From Patellaria atrata CBS 101060 (taxonomy: Eukaryota), in contig MU006108.1 in assembly GCA_010093705.1 (NCBI GenBank), forward strand, positions 186,099-250,098: a stretch of 64,000 nucleotides of DNA. The letters are read 5' to 3'. The position numbers and the translations under genes are program-made. This document shows positions 24,646 through 37,087 of the stretch, piece by piece; position 1 is the first letter of the stretch; each line of letters starts with the position of its first letter. The notes below the pieces were generated by a model, which was not told the DNA's origin, did no database searches, and was given only the letters and a program-made list of their open reading frames with translations.

Positions 24646-27600
24646 TTAAAGGCTTTTCCTCCAGTTTGCCCATTGGCAAGAACAACCACCATTCCCACCA
24701 TCTATCCCACCTGGCCCACCATCCTCAATTGCAACGGGTATTTCATCTCCAAAACTGAATGGCCCTCCCGCAGGATTGACCAGTTCCCCGCCAAAGTCAC
24801 GAGTCTCGATGTAGAATTTCCTCAGATCCCTTATGATCTTACTTCGATTGTCCATCCCGTAACAATACAGCATCTTCGATCGAAGATCACCTCCATGGCG
24901 GTCCAGTGTAATGGTTACCGGATACGGAAATGAGCCTGGTTGGTCGAAGTCATTCGCCGTCGGAGCATCAGCGCTACTAGGAACAAAGGTCGAGGTTGGT
25001 TTTGGGGTTGAGGATGAATCCGATGGTGCACCTAGCAATGGCATGGTATCACCAGAATTTGTCCATATCTGAACCAGGAACCTCGTCTGTGCCCATGTAC
25101 ATCTTACTTGTGCACCCTCAATTGTCGAACCACCATCCTGGTCGGCAGGAATTGCCGCAAAGTCATTCTCTGTATCGTTGCGTATGTTGATGTTTTTCAT
25201 GAAGATTGATCGGTCGAAGTAGGTATAGAACCCGTAATGTTCCTCAGGCTCGCCACGGTTGTAGAGTCGAAGCGGCTGAGACTCTGGTAGAGGAAGTAAT
25301 TCAGCTGGTGCAGCAACTCCTCCGACCACAACAGAAGGAGGTGGAATCAGTGTAACTATATTGAAATCGTTCGATGTGCTCGTCGGTTCTTCATCTTCTT
25401 GTCGCCTTACGACGCGAGAGGGGGTTTCTTTTCTAGGTGAGAGAAGGGTAATGAAGAATGGTGTCTCTTCACCCTCGAACGGCTCCACGTTTTGATCAGT
25501 GGTATTCCCAATGAAGGCCAGGTCTTCTAAATTCGGCGCCGGTGGCGAAGGAGCAAATGATCCAGTCCCCAAGTCTCTGGCCGTGGCATTCTGAAATAAA
25601 ATCTCTACTTTGAAATTGGGTTGATTCGGGTCATTCGGTGAAATGGAGTCATGTTCTTCCTTCGGTAACGCACAACTCCACATTGTCGAAGGTTTAACGC
25701 AACCAGTCTTTTGAGTGATAGGATCTGGGCGAGCAATCGTAGAAACGCCGGTAGGTATTGGAGGGAATCCAGAGATGGTTAACCATTGAGAACCTTGCGT
25801 AGGGCCATCCGAAGTAGGTCTTGGAGAAGCTTCCGGAGCACTCTGTGTGGGTGGATCATCTTTTGCACCTCCTCTCCCCAAGGTTAAAATAAGAACTATT
25901 ATCAAGATGATGATAACGATCAATGCTAATAGAATACAGCATAACCAGCGCCTCTTCTTTTTGTTTTTCCTCTGATCTCGTGAATTCCTCCGTCTTTGAC
26001 CCCAGCAAGGAAACTTAAAATTGAATCGAGGTTTGGGATGAGGCCGAGATGGAAGTGTCGGTGTAGTAGTGCCTGACCTCACGTTCCCTCCGTTCCCCGC
26101 AAATCCGAAATCGTACTGGGCATGGGTACCTGAATAGTGGGAATATGCACGAGGTAACATTGTAATAGGGCGTGTCTGCGAAGATTCTTGTTGAGAAGTA
26201 GATTGGAAAGACGACGGACTTCCTATTGTGTGGACATTGACCGCTAATTGTACAGGTGGTGGAGGCGGAACCACTACAGTTTGCGAAATCTCAGTGCGCG
26301 AAATTTCTCGAGGAGGCGATGGAGATCTTGAGTTCAGTATGTTCGACCCTAGCTGGGCAGGTGATGCAGACCTTGAACTGAGTGTATGCGAGCCTAATCG
26401 TGGTGGAGTTGAAGGTCTTGAGTTGATAGTGTGCGAGCCCAAGCGTGGTGGTGATGGAGGCCTGGAGTTTGCAGTATATGATGATAATTGCGATTGCGGC
26501 GGAGATCTTGAGTTGATAGTGTGCGAACCTAGCCGCGGAGGTGGTGACGGCCTTGAGTTTATGATATAGGAGTCTAGTCGTGGAGGTGATGATGCTAATG
26601 AGGATTCCGCTACATACGTAGATTGGTCCGGTTGGTTCGAATGGACGATATTCACTTGACGTTCTTCCACATTTCGAGCAGACATTACTGCTCCTACTGA
26701 CGCGGTGGCAACCACAGGTGTAAAGTCTCCTGCAGAAGTAGAAGGTGAGAGTATGGATCGAGGCGATGTCAACTCATTGTTTTGATAATGAAATCCAGAG
26801 TGATGAGTTCCGTCTAATTCGGGAGTTTGAGTAGGGGATGGATATGTTTCACGATGCGTTGTCATATAGGGATTGTTCGATTGCAACGTGGGTGGCGGTA
26901 TGAGATCAGGACTCAGCACAAAGGGTACATCTCGATCGTTTGGGCTCAGAATACTGTACACAGATGTGTGTTTGATATCCACATTGTGCTCATCCACGGA
27001 TGGGTAGTTGTTGACAATGGCCGGTACTGTGGGTATGGTCGTAGGGACTAGGTTCCTAGGATCAACTGGAGCACTACTGTATGAGAGCGGTGGGACATCG
27101 ACCCTATCTGGACCACGATGTTGGAATGGGATCATCGGGGTCCCATTTGGGGATGATATGGTTGTTTGACCTGAATAAGGAGAGATGGCTGTTTGAGGGG
27201 ATAATGGAGAAAGATTTTGTCCTGCTATCCTCGCAAAAGCTTCCGACATTTCAGGCATGGGAGGGATATCATCTTCACCAGGAGGGCTTCGCGCTGTCCA
27301 CTTGGAATTTGGTCTAGAAGATTCAAAGGGTGTCGTTATAAAGTTCCACCACCCAATGGGGCTACGTGAGGCCCGAACATCAGTCTCAATCTTAAGGCCT
27401 TGGTATCGGGACCCCTCCTTGGGGGGAGACTTCGGTGTATCATCTTCTTCAAAGACCGTGAAACCAGATTGAACACGATTCTGACGGCCAGATTTACCAA
27501 CTCCCATATCAGTGAGAGTTGGTGAGTTATCATCGATAGGTACACCATCATGGAAAGCATACCGCGACAATTCGAGGTGATTATGTGGTAATGGAGGAAC

Positions 27601-28503
27601 AGGTGGGATATTTTGATCGTCAAACGTACTAATATTCCATGCGGTCGCTTGAGAGTAAACACTAGATGCTGGTCTTGGGCGGTGGTCAGCTCCCGGTGTT
27701 GAGAACGGTGACCAGACCGATTTCTCCCCTGCAGGAGTAATGATAATCGTTGGTGTCTGGGTCGTGCTTTCGCTCCAGCTTCGGTTTCTGTTCGACGCAT
27801 GATAGGTATCCACACCAGTAGGCGTCGCCGTCTCTGGACTCAGTGAGTGTTCGGGAATGCTCGATGAGGGAATTGAAAATCCGATTTGGATCGGTCTATC
27901 AGAAGGGGATATATCGATAACAGAGAATCGAAGAGGTGCAAGCATATTAGAATCATCACCAGTACGTCCTTCCGGAGACTGAGTTTCATGATGACTGGCT
28001 TTGTGGACACTTGGTTCACGCTTGTGTGATCTCATCGTCCTTTTTCCCAAATGAAAACCCCCACCAACATTGTTAGGTGCAAAAGAGTCTTCTTCAACGA
28101 TATTACTGTCACTGTCCTTTCTAACTTTCCGTGTTGATTTGCTTCTGGACCACCAACCCTTCGATGCAGAAGGTGGGCTTTGAAGTGAGTCTACGTTCCC
28201 GCCACCATGATGTTGAGGTCCTCCTTGATGTGACGCGAATAGTAACCGCGGTGCCTCTCCCCTATGCCGTGAAAAGCTGGTATCTACAGAGATTCCTGGT
28301 CTTCCTTTGCTGGAAAAATGTTTTGCATATTTTCTAGACTTGGTACGGTTCACTCTCTGGGTGCTGGTCCGCGTAGGATGTCTAGCAACCGCGCTCTGCG
28401 CAGCTCTCCGTGCGGCTTCTTCTTCCCATGTCCGAGTTGCAGGTATATTGAACTCTACTAAATCGATCTCTTCTTGCGCCAAGCGCTGATTCTCCATACT
28501 CAT
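24646..28503 (-). CDS. Uncharacterised 1285-aa type II membrane protein: long Ser/Pro-rich cytosolic region, one TM helix, Cys-containing luminal domain
   Basis: Single long ORF. Polybasic KNKKKRR is followed by hydrophobic WLCCILLALIVIIILIIVLILTL, then a globular-looking C-terminus (GFPPIPTG, WSCALP, CTWAQTRF, YPVTITLDRHGG, CSCQW). Confidence 0.85.
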   Translation of the reverse strand: MSMENQRLAQEEIDLVEFNIPATRTWEEEAARRAAQSAVARHPTRTSTQRVNRTKSRKYAKHFSSKGRPGISVDTSFSRHRGEAPRLLFASHQGGPQHHGGGNVDSLQSPPSASKGWWSRSKSTRKVRKDSDSNIVEEDSFAPNNVGGGFHLGKRTMRSHKREPSVHKASHHETQSPEGRTGDDSNMLAPLRFSVIDISPSDRPIQIGFSIPSSSIPEHSLSPETATPTGVDTYHASNRNRSWSESTTQTPTIIITPAGEKSVWSPFSTPGADHRPRPASSVYSQATAWNISTFDDQNIPPVPPLPHNHLELSRYAFHDGVPIDDNSPTLTDMGVGKSGRQNRVQSGFTVFEEDDTPKSPPKEGSRYQGLKIETDVRASRSPIGWWNFITTPFESSRPNSKWTARSPPGEDDIPPMPEMSEAFARIAGQNLSPLSPQTAISPYSGQTTISSPNGTPMIPFQHRGPDRVDVPPLSYSSAPVDPRNLVPTTIPTVPAIVNNYPSVDEHNVDIKHTSVYSILSPNDRDVPFVLSPDLIPPPTLQSNNPYMTTHRETYPSPTQTPELDGTHHSGFHYQNNELTSPRSILSPSTSAGDFTPVVATASVGAVMSARNVEERQVNIVHSNQPDQSTYVAESSLASSPPRLDSYIINSRPSPPPRLGSHTINSRSPPQSQLSSYTANSRPPSPPRLGSHTINSRPSTPPRLGSHTLSSRSASPAQLGSNILNSRSPSPPREISRTEISQTVVVPPPPPVQLAVNVHTIGSPSSFQSTSQQESSQTRPITMLPRAYSHYSGTHAQYDFGFAGNGGNVRSGTTTPTLPSRPHPKPRFNFKFPCWGQRRRNSRDQRKNKKKRRWLCCILLALIVIIILIIVLILTLGRGGAKDDPPTQSAPEASPRPTSDGPTQGSQWLTISGFPPIPTGVSTIARPDPITQKTGCVKPSTMWSCALPKEEHDSISPNDPNQPNFKVEILFQNATARDLGTGSFAPSPPAPNLEDLAFIGNTTDQNVEPFEGEETPFFITLLSPRKETPSRVVRRQEDEEPTSTSNDFNIVTLIPPPSVVVGGVAAPAELLPLPESQPLRLYNRGEPEEHYGFYTYFDRSIFMKNINIRNDTENDFAAIPADQDGGSTIEGAQVRCTWAQTRFLVQIWTNSGDTMPLLGAPSDSSSTPKPTSTFVPSSADAPTANDFDQPGSFPYPVTITLDRHGGDLRSKMLYCYGMDNRSKIIRDLRKFYIETRDFGGELVNPAGGPFSFGDEIPVAIEDGGPGGIDGGNGGCSCQWANWRKSL
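26306..26590 (-). repeat. Coding tandem repeat, about 6 copies of a 45-nt/15-aa unit (consensus NSRxxPPPRLGSHTI)
   Basis: NSRPSPPPRLGSHTI / NSRSPPQSQLSSYTA / NSRPPSPPRLGSHTI / NSRPSTPPRLGSHTL / SSRSASPAQLGSNIL / NSRSPSPPRE. Confidence 0.9.
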
Positions 28504-29647
28504 TATCTAAACCTCCAAAATAGTCTTTCCACCTAATTAGAACCTGATCGAATATTTATTCGTTTTTTTCATCAGTTTGGTCAGACGGAGGAACGGTAGT
28601 TGTTGGCACGTAGAGACGTAAGAATGACGGGCCGGGTTGGGTTTTTGGATGTCGTAAAGCGCCAGCGCAGAGGGTACTATCCGTTTGAAGGTATAAATAC
28701 GTCAATAGGCGATATTGTTTGTCAGGTGCATGTGGATGAATAGGGTTCGTCGTGGGTCAGTCGGAGGAACCAGAATCAGCAATACGGTTGCCTGTGATAT
28801 TAAGAATGCAAAAGAATGTACTGAAACGGACAAAGTTTGTAGTTGTTATTTCTGGATTATTATGGACGAATGAGCGTGAGGACAACAATAGTGACAGTAA
28901 TAGTGAATGACAAAAACGAAATTCAAAACAAGCCTGAAATCAGGTTTCCAGGAGTTGAGAAAGCCCGATGACTTGTCTGTTGAAACACATGAGGTGAATA
29001 TAGTGAAGAACGCGTGGTGCTCGCGGTCTTCACCTGATGCCCGCCCACCATAACTCCCTCCCATCCGATAGCTACCCAACATGTCGTTCCGCTCCAGTTA
29101 ACCTATTCTCAGATTGTTATGTACTTCATCTATCCAGTCGGTATCGTTCGTTACAATCGATGGATCTGATTCGTTCAAGCTCTATTGTAGACAGCTGATC
29201 CTTCCTGATGGAATAACGGGCTGCCACGCAGCAGGTTGCGGCTCAATTAACTGGAGGTATGATTGGTCTCGAAGGCCTGGTAGTCTCAACTACATCTCTA
29301 GAATGATATTGGAGGCGCCGGGCAAATCGATGTAAGCGCTGGGAAGATGAGAAGTTCAGTAAAAGTTCAGTGCTTGTCGTCTGTTGAAGGTCTGAGGTTG
29401 GACGAGACGAAGTATTGGGCAGATGATCCAATCATAGTGCTTCGACAACCGCTCTCATAACAGCCAATCAACAAAGAGAGTGGCTAAGGGGTTCTCTTCC
29501 AGAATTATTTTCAGCTTCTAAAATTCAACCTCTTGAATAGCACACGACCATTTTCTAGAACAAGTCCAAGACTTTCTAATCTCATCGACTTTAAAGCCGA
29601 GAGAGGTAAACTGGTCGTGTGATTTTTGTTGTCCATACAGTATAGAA

Positions 29648-29665
29648 GTACGGAGTACTCCGTAC
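29648..29665. repeat. Perfect 18-bp palindrome GTACGGAGTACTCCGTAC
   Basis: The sequence equals its own reverse complement. It lies in the long divergent intergenic region. Confidence 0.9.
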
Positions 29666-31479
29666 CGCAATAATGCTACAGTACAGCTTGTATCCTTTCC
29701 CACGGTATTCCATTCTCGTCGTACGTATCCTTATTCGCCAAGCCTCTACGTTCCCGAGATCAACTGTACCTTATCCGATCGTCACGAATTGCCTCAGTGA
29801 CTAATATCTAGATTTTTATGTTAAGCCAGACTATATTCCATATGATGATGGATTACTAGGTACGGAAGTAAGGTTGGTTGGCTTCCAGACATGATCAGGA
29901 ACAGACGGAGTCGTACGGAGCACAACATAAAATCCCACCCGTAGCTCTTGTTGGCATGCAAGGTCTGTTTCCCATTTGCCATTCAGTATCTTCTTATCAT
30001 CGAGGAGCTGTAACAGAGGCGGTAGCTACTTTGGTGTAGCCGTACAGGGATAAATCAACGTTCGGGTATTGTTCATTTCAAAACTTTTTAGGTCCATGTT
30101 CACGTTAAGACTTTAATGCATATTTCGCAATTTTGGTAGTTCGGGCATGTCGTGGGTTTATCTCAATGCCTGTTACCTTTCATCTGCCATATCTGCGACT
30201 TCACGTACTACGGTAAGACCTGAGCAGCTTGAGCAGCTTGCCTCAGGGGCAATAGTCTACACTAATAAACAGGCTGAACAAAACGTGTAAATGGTACTTT
30301 GTATATTGCATAGAACTATTCGCACTAAATGATAGAGCGTGCAACTGTCGGCTACTGCTCCCCTAAGGTACCTTTTGAATTTCGTGATTCGTTCGGCCCG
30401 CTAGATCTCAACGGTCGTGCCTCAGATTTGGTCTTTGTGTGGCTCACTGGCTTGACTCTCTAACTGGGTATTGTTCCTAAACTGACTCTCCTGGCCTGGA
30501 TTCCACGCCGCTGCCAAGCTTGCTACATTGCTGGAAACCACCCAGGGAGTAGGGGGGAAACGGGGGAAAGCAGCCTCCTGAGAAAAGTCAGAAAACAGCC
30601 CTTTTCGGGATAGGTTGAACGGTTGGTATGGCTTGCAGTTGCACCTTTTACTTACAAGTACGGAGGTACTATTTCCAGCTTACTCGATCTCAGAGCCTCG
30701 TATCTCTCAATCCCACCCTCACGTCACTTGCATGTAGCAGGAACGAACACGAACTGTCAACCAGAACCTCCTACTAAAACCTTTCTTATATCTGAGATAG
30801 AACTACCCTAGGAAAGGACGATTCGCGAGGGGAGCGACTATCGTTTCTCCTTCCGTCTATGTTTCACGACTCTTCTCCCAAAACAGCGACCACCTGGCCC
30901 TTCCATAAATGTACTGTACCTTACTACTAGCAATTGAGGAGAGCTTCAACGACAATATTGCCTCCTCTCAACGTCAGTATCCCAGCCAGCTCTTACTACG
31001 ATAGATGCACACTCCTCACAGCCGAACACATAACCCTGTAAAATCTTCGCATCGCCTCTTACCTCTTGTCTGTCTCTTTGCGTGGGGAGTATTAAACTCT
31101 CCACAGGGTGCTTCACTCGCGGACATTCTCCGACTCTTGGCGACAAGCCCAATAAATTAATATCTTCAACAGAATCCAATCTTCATACAGCATCGACAGA
31201 TTGGACACATTTGTCTACTTTTTGAAAGAATCCCATAGTACTTGAGCTGGGAATCTTTCTGCTCAACCAACACCGCTCATCGTGGCTACAACAACTTCCT
31301 CCGCCCCTTCTGTTACCTCTCGACGACGGCGCTCTTCCGCTGCGAAGAACCCCCCTAAATCCCTAAATCTACAAGATCGACTTCACGAAAGTGATACACG
31401 TTCATACCATTCTTGTTCGCCTGCAAAAGGCACGGGGTTACAGCTCCCTGCTGTCCCTGGCACACCTACCGACCCTACA

Positions 31480-32986
31480 ATGTCTCTCTCTCGGTCACCA
31501 TCACCTCAAAGGGGTGGAGGGTGGTCGAGTCCCGGACTCACAACGCCATACAATGGGTCCAGTGGTCGAAGTAGTCCCATGGGAAATCATTCGAATGGGA
31601 TTGCTAACAATATCACATGGGCTTCAGCGCAGGCGCGGAGTGCAGAGATAAAGGGATACCCTTCGTTTTCCACTCGCAATCAAGGCTTCTTCCATAGACA
31701 TCTTCGCAAAATATCCTCGAGTTTACCACAATTCAACCACACTGATTCACGGAGTTATGCAGAGAAAGAGAAGCTAGGTCGAGGAAGATGGCCTTTACTT
31801 CACGGGACTAAAATCGAAGCAATATTAACGAGGGTTGGAAGGATAATATGGCGCATGAGATTACGTCTCGCAATTGTCTTAGGGATCATCCTTCTATGGA
31901 TAGGTTTCTACGTTACCCGTAAGTCAAATGTTTGCTGCGATGATATTCTTGCACTAAGCATAGTACAGCACTGCATCGAATGTATCGCAGGTCACCCTGG
32001 TTCGGCGGAGGTAGCAAATTCGTGATTATTTTAGCTGCAAACCAAGGCGGTGGTGTTATGGAGTGGAAGGGGCCTCGAGAATGGGCCATAGAGAGAGACA
32101 GTGTTAGAAACAAAAAAAAATATGCTAAAAAGTGGGGTTATGATCTGGAAATCGTTGATATGAGCACAAAGAAAAGATATGCGCATGAGTGGAGGGAAAG
32201 TTGGGAAAAAGTTGATACTCTCCGCATAACGATGCGGAAGTATCCCGATGCCGAATGGTGAGAGTCTCACCCCTCCTTCCCATCACTTCTATCATAACCG
32301 ACTAATTCTTTAGGTTTTGGTGGCTCGATCTTAATACTTTCATAATGGAACCATCCTACTCTCTACAATCCCACATGTTCAACAATCTAGCGAAAAACAC
32401 ATACCGCGATATCAATCACTACAACCCTCTACACATCCCTCATCCATTGAACGACACGTACCTTGACCTCGAATCACGATCTCCTACCGGGGACAATAAA
32501 ACCGAATCTATAAATTTCATAATCACGCAAGACTGCGGTGGATTCAACCTTGGCTCATTCTTTGCGAAACGAAGTACCTGGACGGATCGTCTGTTAGACA
32601 TTTGGTGGGATCCAGTGGGTTACGAACAGAAACATATGCAATGGGAACACAAAGAACAAGATGCATTGGAATCAATGTATCGCAATCAACCTTGGATACG
32701 ACCGCACGTTGCTTTTTTTGAGCAGCGCAAGGCAAACAGCTTTCCACCTGGAGCTTGCGGGGATAGAGGCGATGACCCAAAGATACATTATCAGGAGAAA
32801 GATAGGGACTTCTTAGTTAACATGGCTGGGTGCGAATGGGGTCGAGATTGCTGGGGCGAAATTTACAAATACAGACAACTAAGCAACCGACTAAACCGAA
32901 ACCCATGGGAGAAGTTCAAAGATTGGATCAGTGACTCTATTAGATCTGCGAGACAATCGAGGAGGAAAGAGGAAAAGAAATCTTAA
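31480..32986 (+). CDS. MNN10: GT34 alpha-1,6-mannosyltransferase subunit (Mnn10-like)
   Basis: MSLSRSPSP...WSSPGL N-terminus, TM helix, IILAANQGGG, WRESWEK, W|FWWLDL, TQDCGGFNLGSF, HKEQDAL, VNMAGC; 2 introns. Confidence 0.92.
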
Positions 32987-33429
32987 AAGGCTACGAATTC
33001 AGACTGACACCAACACACTCGTGATTAGTGTTCAGACGATGCATACTCTGGAAGTCGTCGTATTATTTCTAATTCTTTTTTTTTCTTTTAGCTTCTGATC
33101 TAGAGAATGATCATGAACCGGAGGTTGTGATTTTCGCTAGTTCTGTTGTATATTCTCCTCGACCGTTTCGTCTTATCGTTATCTTCTTCTTCTTCTTCTT
33201 CATTGTATGATATAGAACCTTTCCTTTGCATTCAGGATTGTTCATATTGGAGAGCTCTTTTGGACAGTCTCTCGCAGTTATTGCATTAACATCGCGGAGA
33301 TAATACCCGCGCTGGATGGAGTTTTTCGACTTGGAGCGCAAAGTTTATAATGTTTGGTCAGACCTTCTCGAGATATTTGCTATGTTCATTTAGCGAACCC
33401 CCACAGGGGAGATGTTATAGCATGATACC

Positions 33430-33950
33430 AACTATCGATGAACCAATTTCGCACCTTGTAATTCTCGTCCAGGATAGGCAGCAGAAAACGCTTTCCCCTG
33501 CATTAGCACTTCGGCTCTCCCCTCTTCACAAGTTACGATCAATTTCATTTCCCAATTGTGACTTGAGGGATTCAAGGACGGGAATATGGAGAAGCATTTA
33601 GGAATATCAAATCCGCAAAACCCCACATCCAGCACGGCAGTAATGTTCTCTGACAAGTACGTTTTATTATGTACAACTTCAAGCTGACTATGACAGGATG
33701 AGATGGATCCCGAACAAGCCCCGCGCAAATGACGCTATCTTATCCCTATCAACGCATCTCAATATTAGACGCTGAGGTGCTGAACTTGGTATGCTCGTCC
33801 GAGATCATTCCTAGATTCTCGGTGCAGCACAGCTCTACAGCAATTTCGGGCATCACGTTCGAGATATCATCCGACCCGCTTCACCAGAGTCATTTGCAAC
33901 GTCGAGGAGCAACGTAGGACAAGCAGAGTGTGTCAAACACCATCATATAA
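33430..33950 (-). pseudogene. Possible degraded aminoglycoside/choline phosphotransferase (protein-kinase-like) remnant
   Basis: With two frameshifts, about 33663-33612 reads NVLV/ENITAVLD/WGFA, resembling the APH-family NILV...ITAVLDWEFA motif. Stops surround it. Boundaries are approximate. Confidence 0.3.
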
Positions 33951-34760
33951 CGAATTCTCAAAGTCAAGGCTCTTGGGAGTTTCTTGAGCTCCTTGGTTGC
34001 CGTCTTTAGCTTGAAGGGAAGATTTTCTTACCCCTGTAAATGTGGGGAAGCCATCCGCTGCGGGATAGCGGCGTTTCCTCCAACACGTGCTGCCACTTCC
34101 GTCCAACCTCGACCACACGACATACTTGCCCTTGGGTTTCAGATGAGACCGAAGCGCTTCTTCTTCATCATCAGCTTTTAAACAGATATGCACTTCTAAT
34201 ATCTCTGCAAGGTTTACATGTATTATCTCAAATGACGAACAAATGATATGGTCATACGGCGACCTTGTCTAGCATCCTAGTTCTACCCATCTCCCATCTC
34301 CCAGGACCACGGCACTTCGACAATCTTCCATCTTTCATCTTGCAGCAAAGTGAGCATATATCGTCCAGCTGACATGGGCATATTAACTTCCTTTTACGTC
34401 CTCTATCCCCATGTTCTCGAGCACAAACATGGACATAGTCCGTAGTCCCTCTCAGTTACTGGAGATTTGACCACGATGACTGAAGTACCGGCGGTAATAG
34501 AGCATCAAATTCACGCTGATCCCAGTAGAACATCCTTCGCATGCACTTTCGAAAGCCAGCTTCACATAGGCACTGGTCATCTACTTAGAGCCAAGATGCA
34601 TAGCAGTCCATTACAGCAGTTGGTCTCACCTTCCTGGGACGAGATCGCATGAACTTATAAACGTAGTCCTCCTCGCCGTGTTCGGTTTATTTGGTTCACC
34701 CTTATTCTTTGGGTTTCTCTTCATTTTTATTTGGGTAAGAGTCTGTTCAGTATTATCATT

Positions 34761-37087
34761 ATGCACGCTGTAACCGGACTGCTCACTTCTCTATTGGCAT
34801 CTTCTGCCTTGGCTAGAAGTTTGGGTGGAATATATAATAGACGCCAGAGTAACGGCACCGAGTATGCGGTCAAAGAACCTCCTTTGACAACTCCATGGAC
34901 GTACGAAGTAGGCACAGATCCATGGCCAGAATATCCCCGGCCGCAACTACAACGTTCTGAGTGGAAGAACTTGAACGGTGTTTGGAGATATCGGAATGCT
35001 TCTAGTCTAGGAGATGTAGAAAGCCCTCCGTTCGGTGCGATCTTTCCTCAAGAAGTGCTCGTCCCGTCTTGTCTGGAAAGTGGTTTGTCTGGTAAGTCTT
35101 AGAAGCGAATCCTTGAGAGACCCAGTAATAATTTTACGTAGGATTGCAGGGGCAAAATGTGACTTACTCATGGCTGTCTACTACCTTTTCAGTACCCCAT
35201 GACTGGTCTGGAGAACGTGTTCTTCTGAATTTCGCTGCAGTTGATTATGAAGCTACCGTCTTCGTCAACGGCCAGAGAGCTGGCTTTCATCGAGGTGGTT
35301 ATTTTGCCTTTACCGTTGATGTCACTCAATATTTGTCTTCTAATAGCACCAATGAATTGTATGTATTCTTTGTCATCCCAAACTGCTACGAACGAATGCT
35401 CCTCTAATTCGGCATAGGCTTGTATTTGTCCACGACCCCACGGATTCAGGGGATTATGTTATCCCTGTTGGGAAACAAACTTTGAGCCCAAGTCATATCT
35501 TTTACAGGCCTTGTACTGGTATCTGGCAGACAGTTTGGATAGAATCGGCTCCTGCCGATTACATCGCTCATCTGGACCTCAATGCTAACGCAGACGGTGA
35601 TGGTAAGTTATTTGTGCAAGCAAACTGAAATATTCGCTGACAGTCACTTGATAATAGTGACCGTAACTGTTTTTAGCTCTTCCGAAGATCCAAACCCCGT
35701 TACCGTGGAGATTCGTGAGAAGCATTCAACGGATGTTCTCGCATCTGAGGAGGGTATCGCCGGTTCACCGATCGAATTTCATGTTCCTCATGTCGACTTG
35801 TGGTCACCTGACTCACCGACCCTATACGATGTTGTAGTCAAACTAGATGAAGACAAAATCCACAGTTATACGGGTTTCCGTACCTATTCTAAGGGTGAGG
35901 TCGACGGAATCCAACGGCCTCTTACTAACGGGGAATTCATCTTCCAGTTCGGAACACTGGATCAAGGGTACTGGCCAGATGGTCTATATACCCCACCAAG
36001 TTTAGAGGCTATGGTATTTGACTTGAAAGTACTGAAGAAGCTTGGTTTCAATATGGTGCGGAAACATGTAAGTTGACCCTCCCTAGGCCTCATTCTTAAC
36101 CATATCTAATTCTACCCTTGAATAAAGATCAAGGTTGAGACAGCGTTATTCTATAAGGCGTGTGACGAGCTTGGCCTCTTCGTAATTCAAGACATGCCAT
36201 CTCTTAAACCGACTACGCCGAATGCAGAGCAGCAGGTTGAATTTGAACGTCAACTTGAGCTCCTTATAAACCAGCAAAAACATTTCCCGAGCATTAGCAC
36301 CTGGGTTAGTGTACAGTACAGACCCATCGGCCATTACGCAGAGAACTAACATTCGAACAGGTCATCTACAACGAAGGATGGGGTCAAATCACTGATATCT
36401 ACCCTGAATTCCGACTCACCGACCGTGTTCGGAAACTCGACCCTTACAGACTCATAGACGCCACCTCCGGCTGGCACGACCATGGTGCCGGGGATATTCA
36501 CGTATGAGGGCCCTAGCACATTGAACCTACCGTCCAAACTCACATCTTCCAGGACAATCACCACTACGCAAACCCACAATGCGGCTCCCCTTTCTACTCC
36601 ATCCTCTCGACTCCCTACGACCCCAAGCGCATCGGCTTCCAAGGCGAATTCGGCGGCATCGGCCACAACGTCTCCATCGAGCAGTGAGTTCCCCTCCTCC
36701 CCTCCCTAAAAAAGAGCCCCTCAACTATCCATCCCGTCCACTGACCCCTCACCCAGTCTCTGGAACGTCCAAGAAGCCATAAGCACCATCAACCAGACCT
36801 ACGAAGTTAACGAAAGCCTCGACGCCTGGAACTACCGCGCGCACAAACTCCTCGTCGAGCTTACGGAACAGACGGACATGTTTGCGTGCAGTGGAGGCGT
36901 GTGGACCCAGACGACGGATGTGGAGGGCGAGGTTAATGGGTTGTTGACGTATGATCGGAGGGTTCTGAGGCCGGATGTGGAGCAATGGAAGAGGGATATT
37001 GATGGGTTGTATGATGCTGCGGGTAGGAGAGGGGGGAAAGGGAGGGGGAGGAGTAGGAAGAGGGGGGGTGGAGTGGTGGAGTTGTAG
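34761..37087 (+). CDS. Secreted glycoside hydrolase family 2 protein (about 8 exons)
   Basis: Signal peptide MHAVTGLLTSLLASSALA, WPEYPRPQL, LNFAAVDYEA, LWSPDSPTLY, TLDQGYWPDG, GFNMVRKH|IKVE, W|VIYNEGWGQ (acid/base), GEFGG, VWTQTTDVEGEVNGLLTYDR. Confidence 0.92.
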
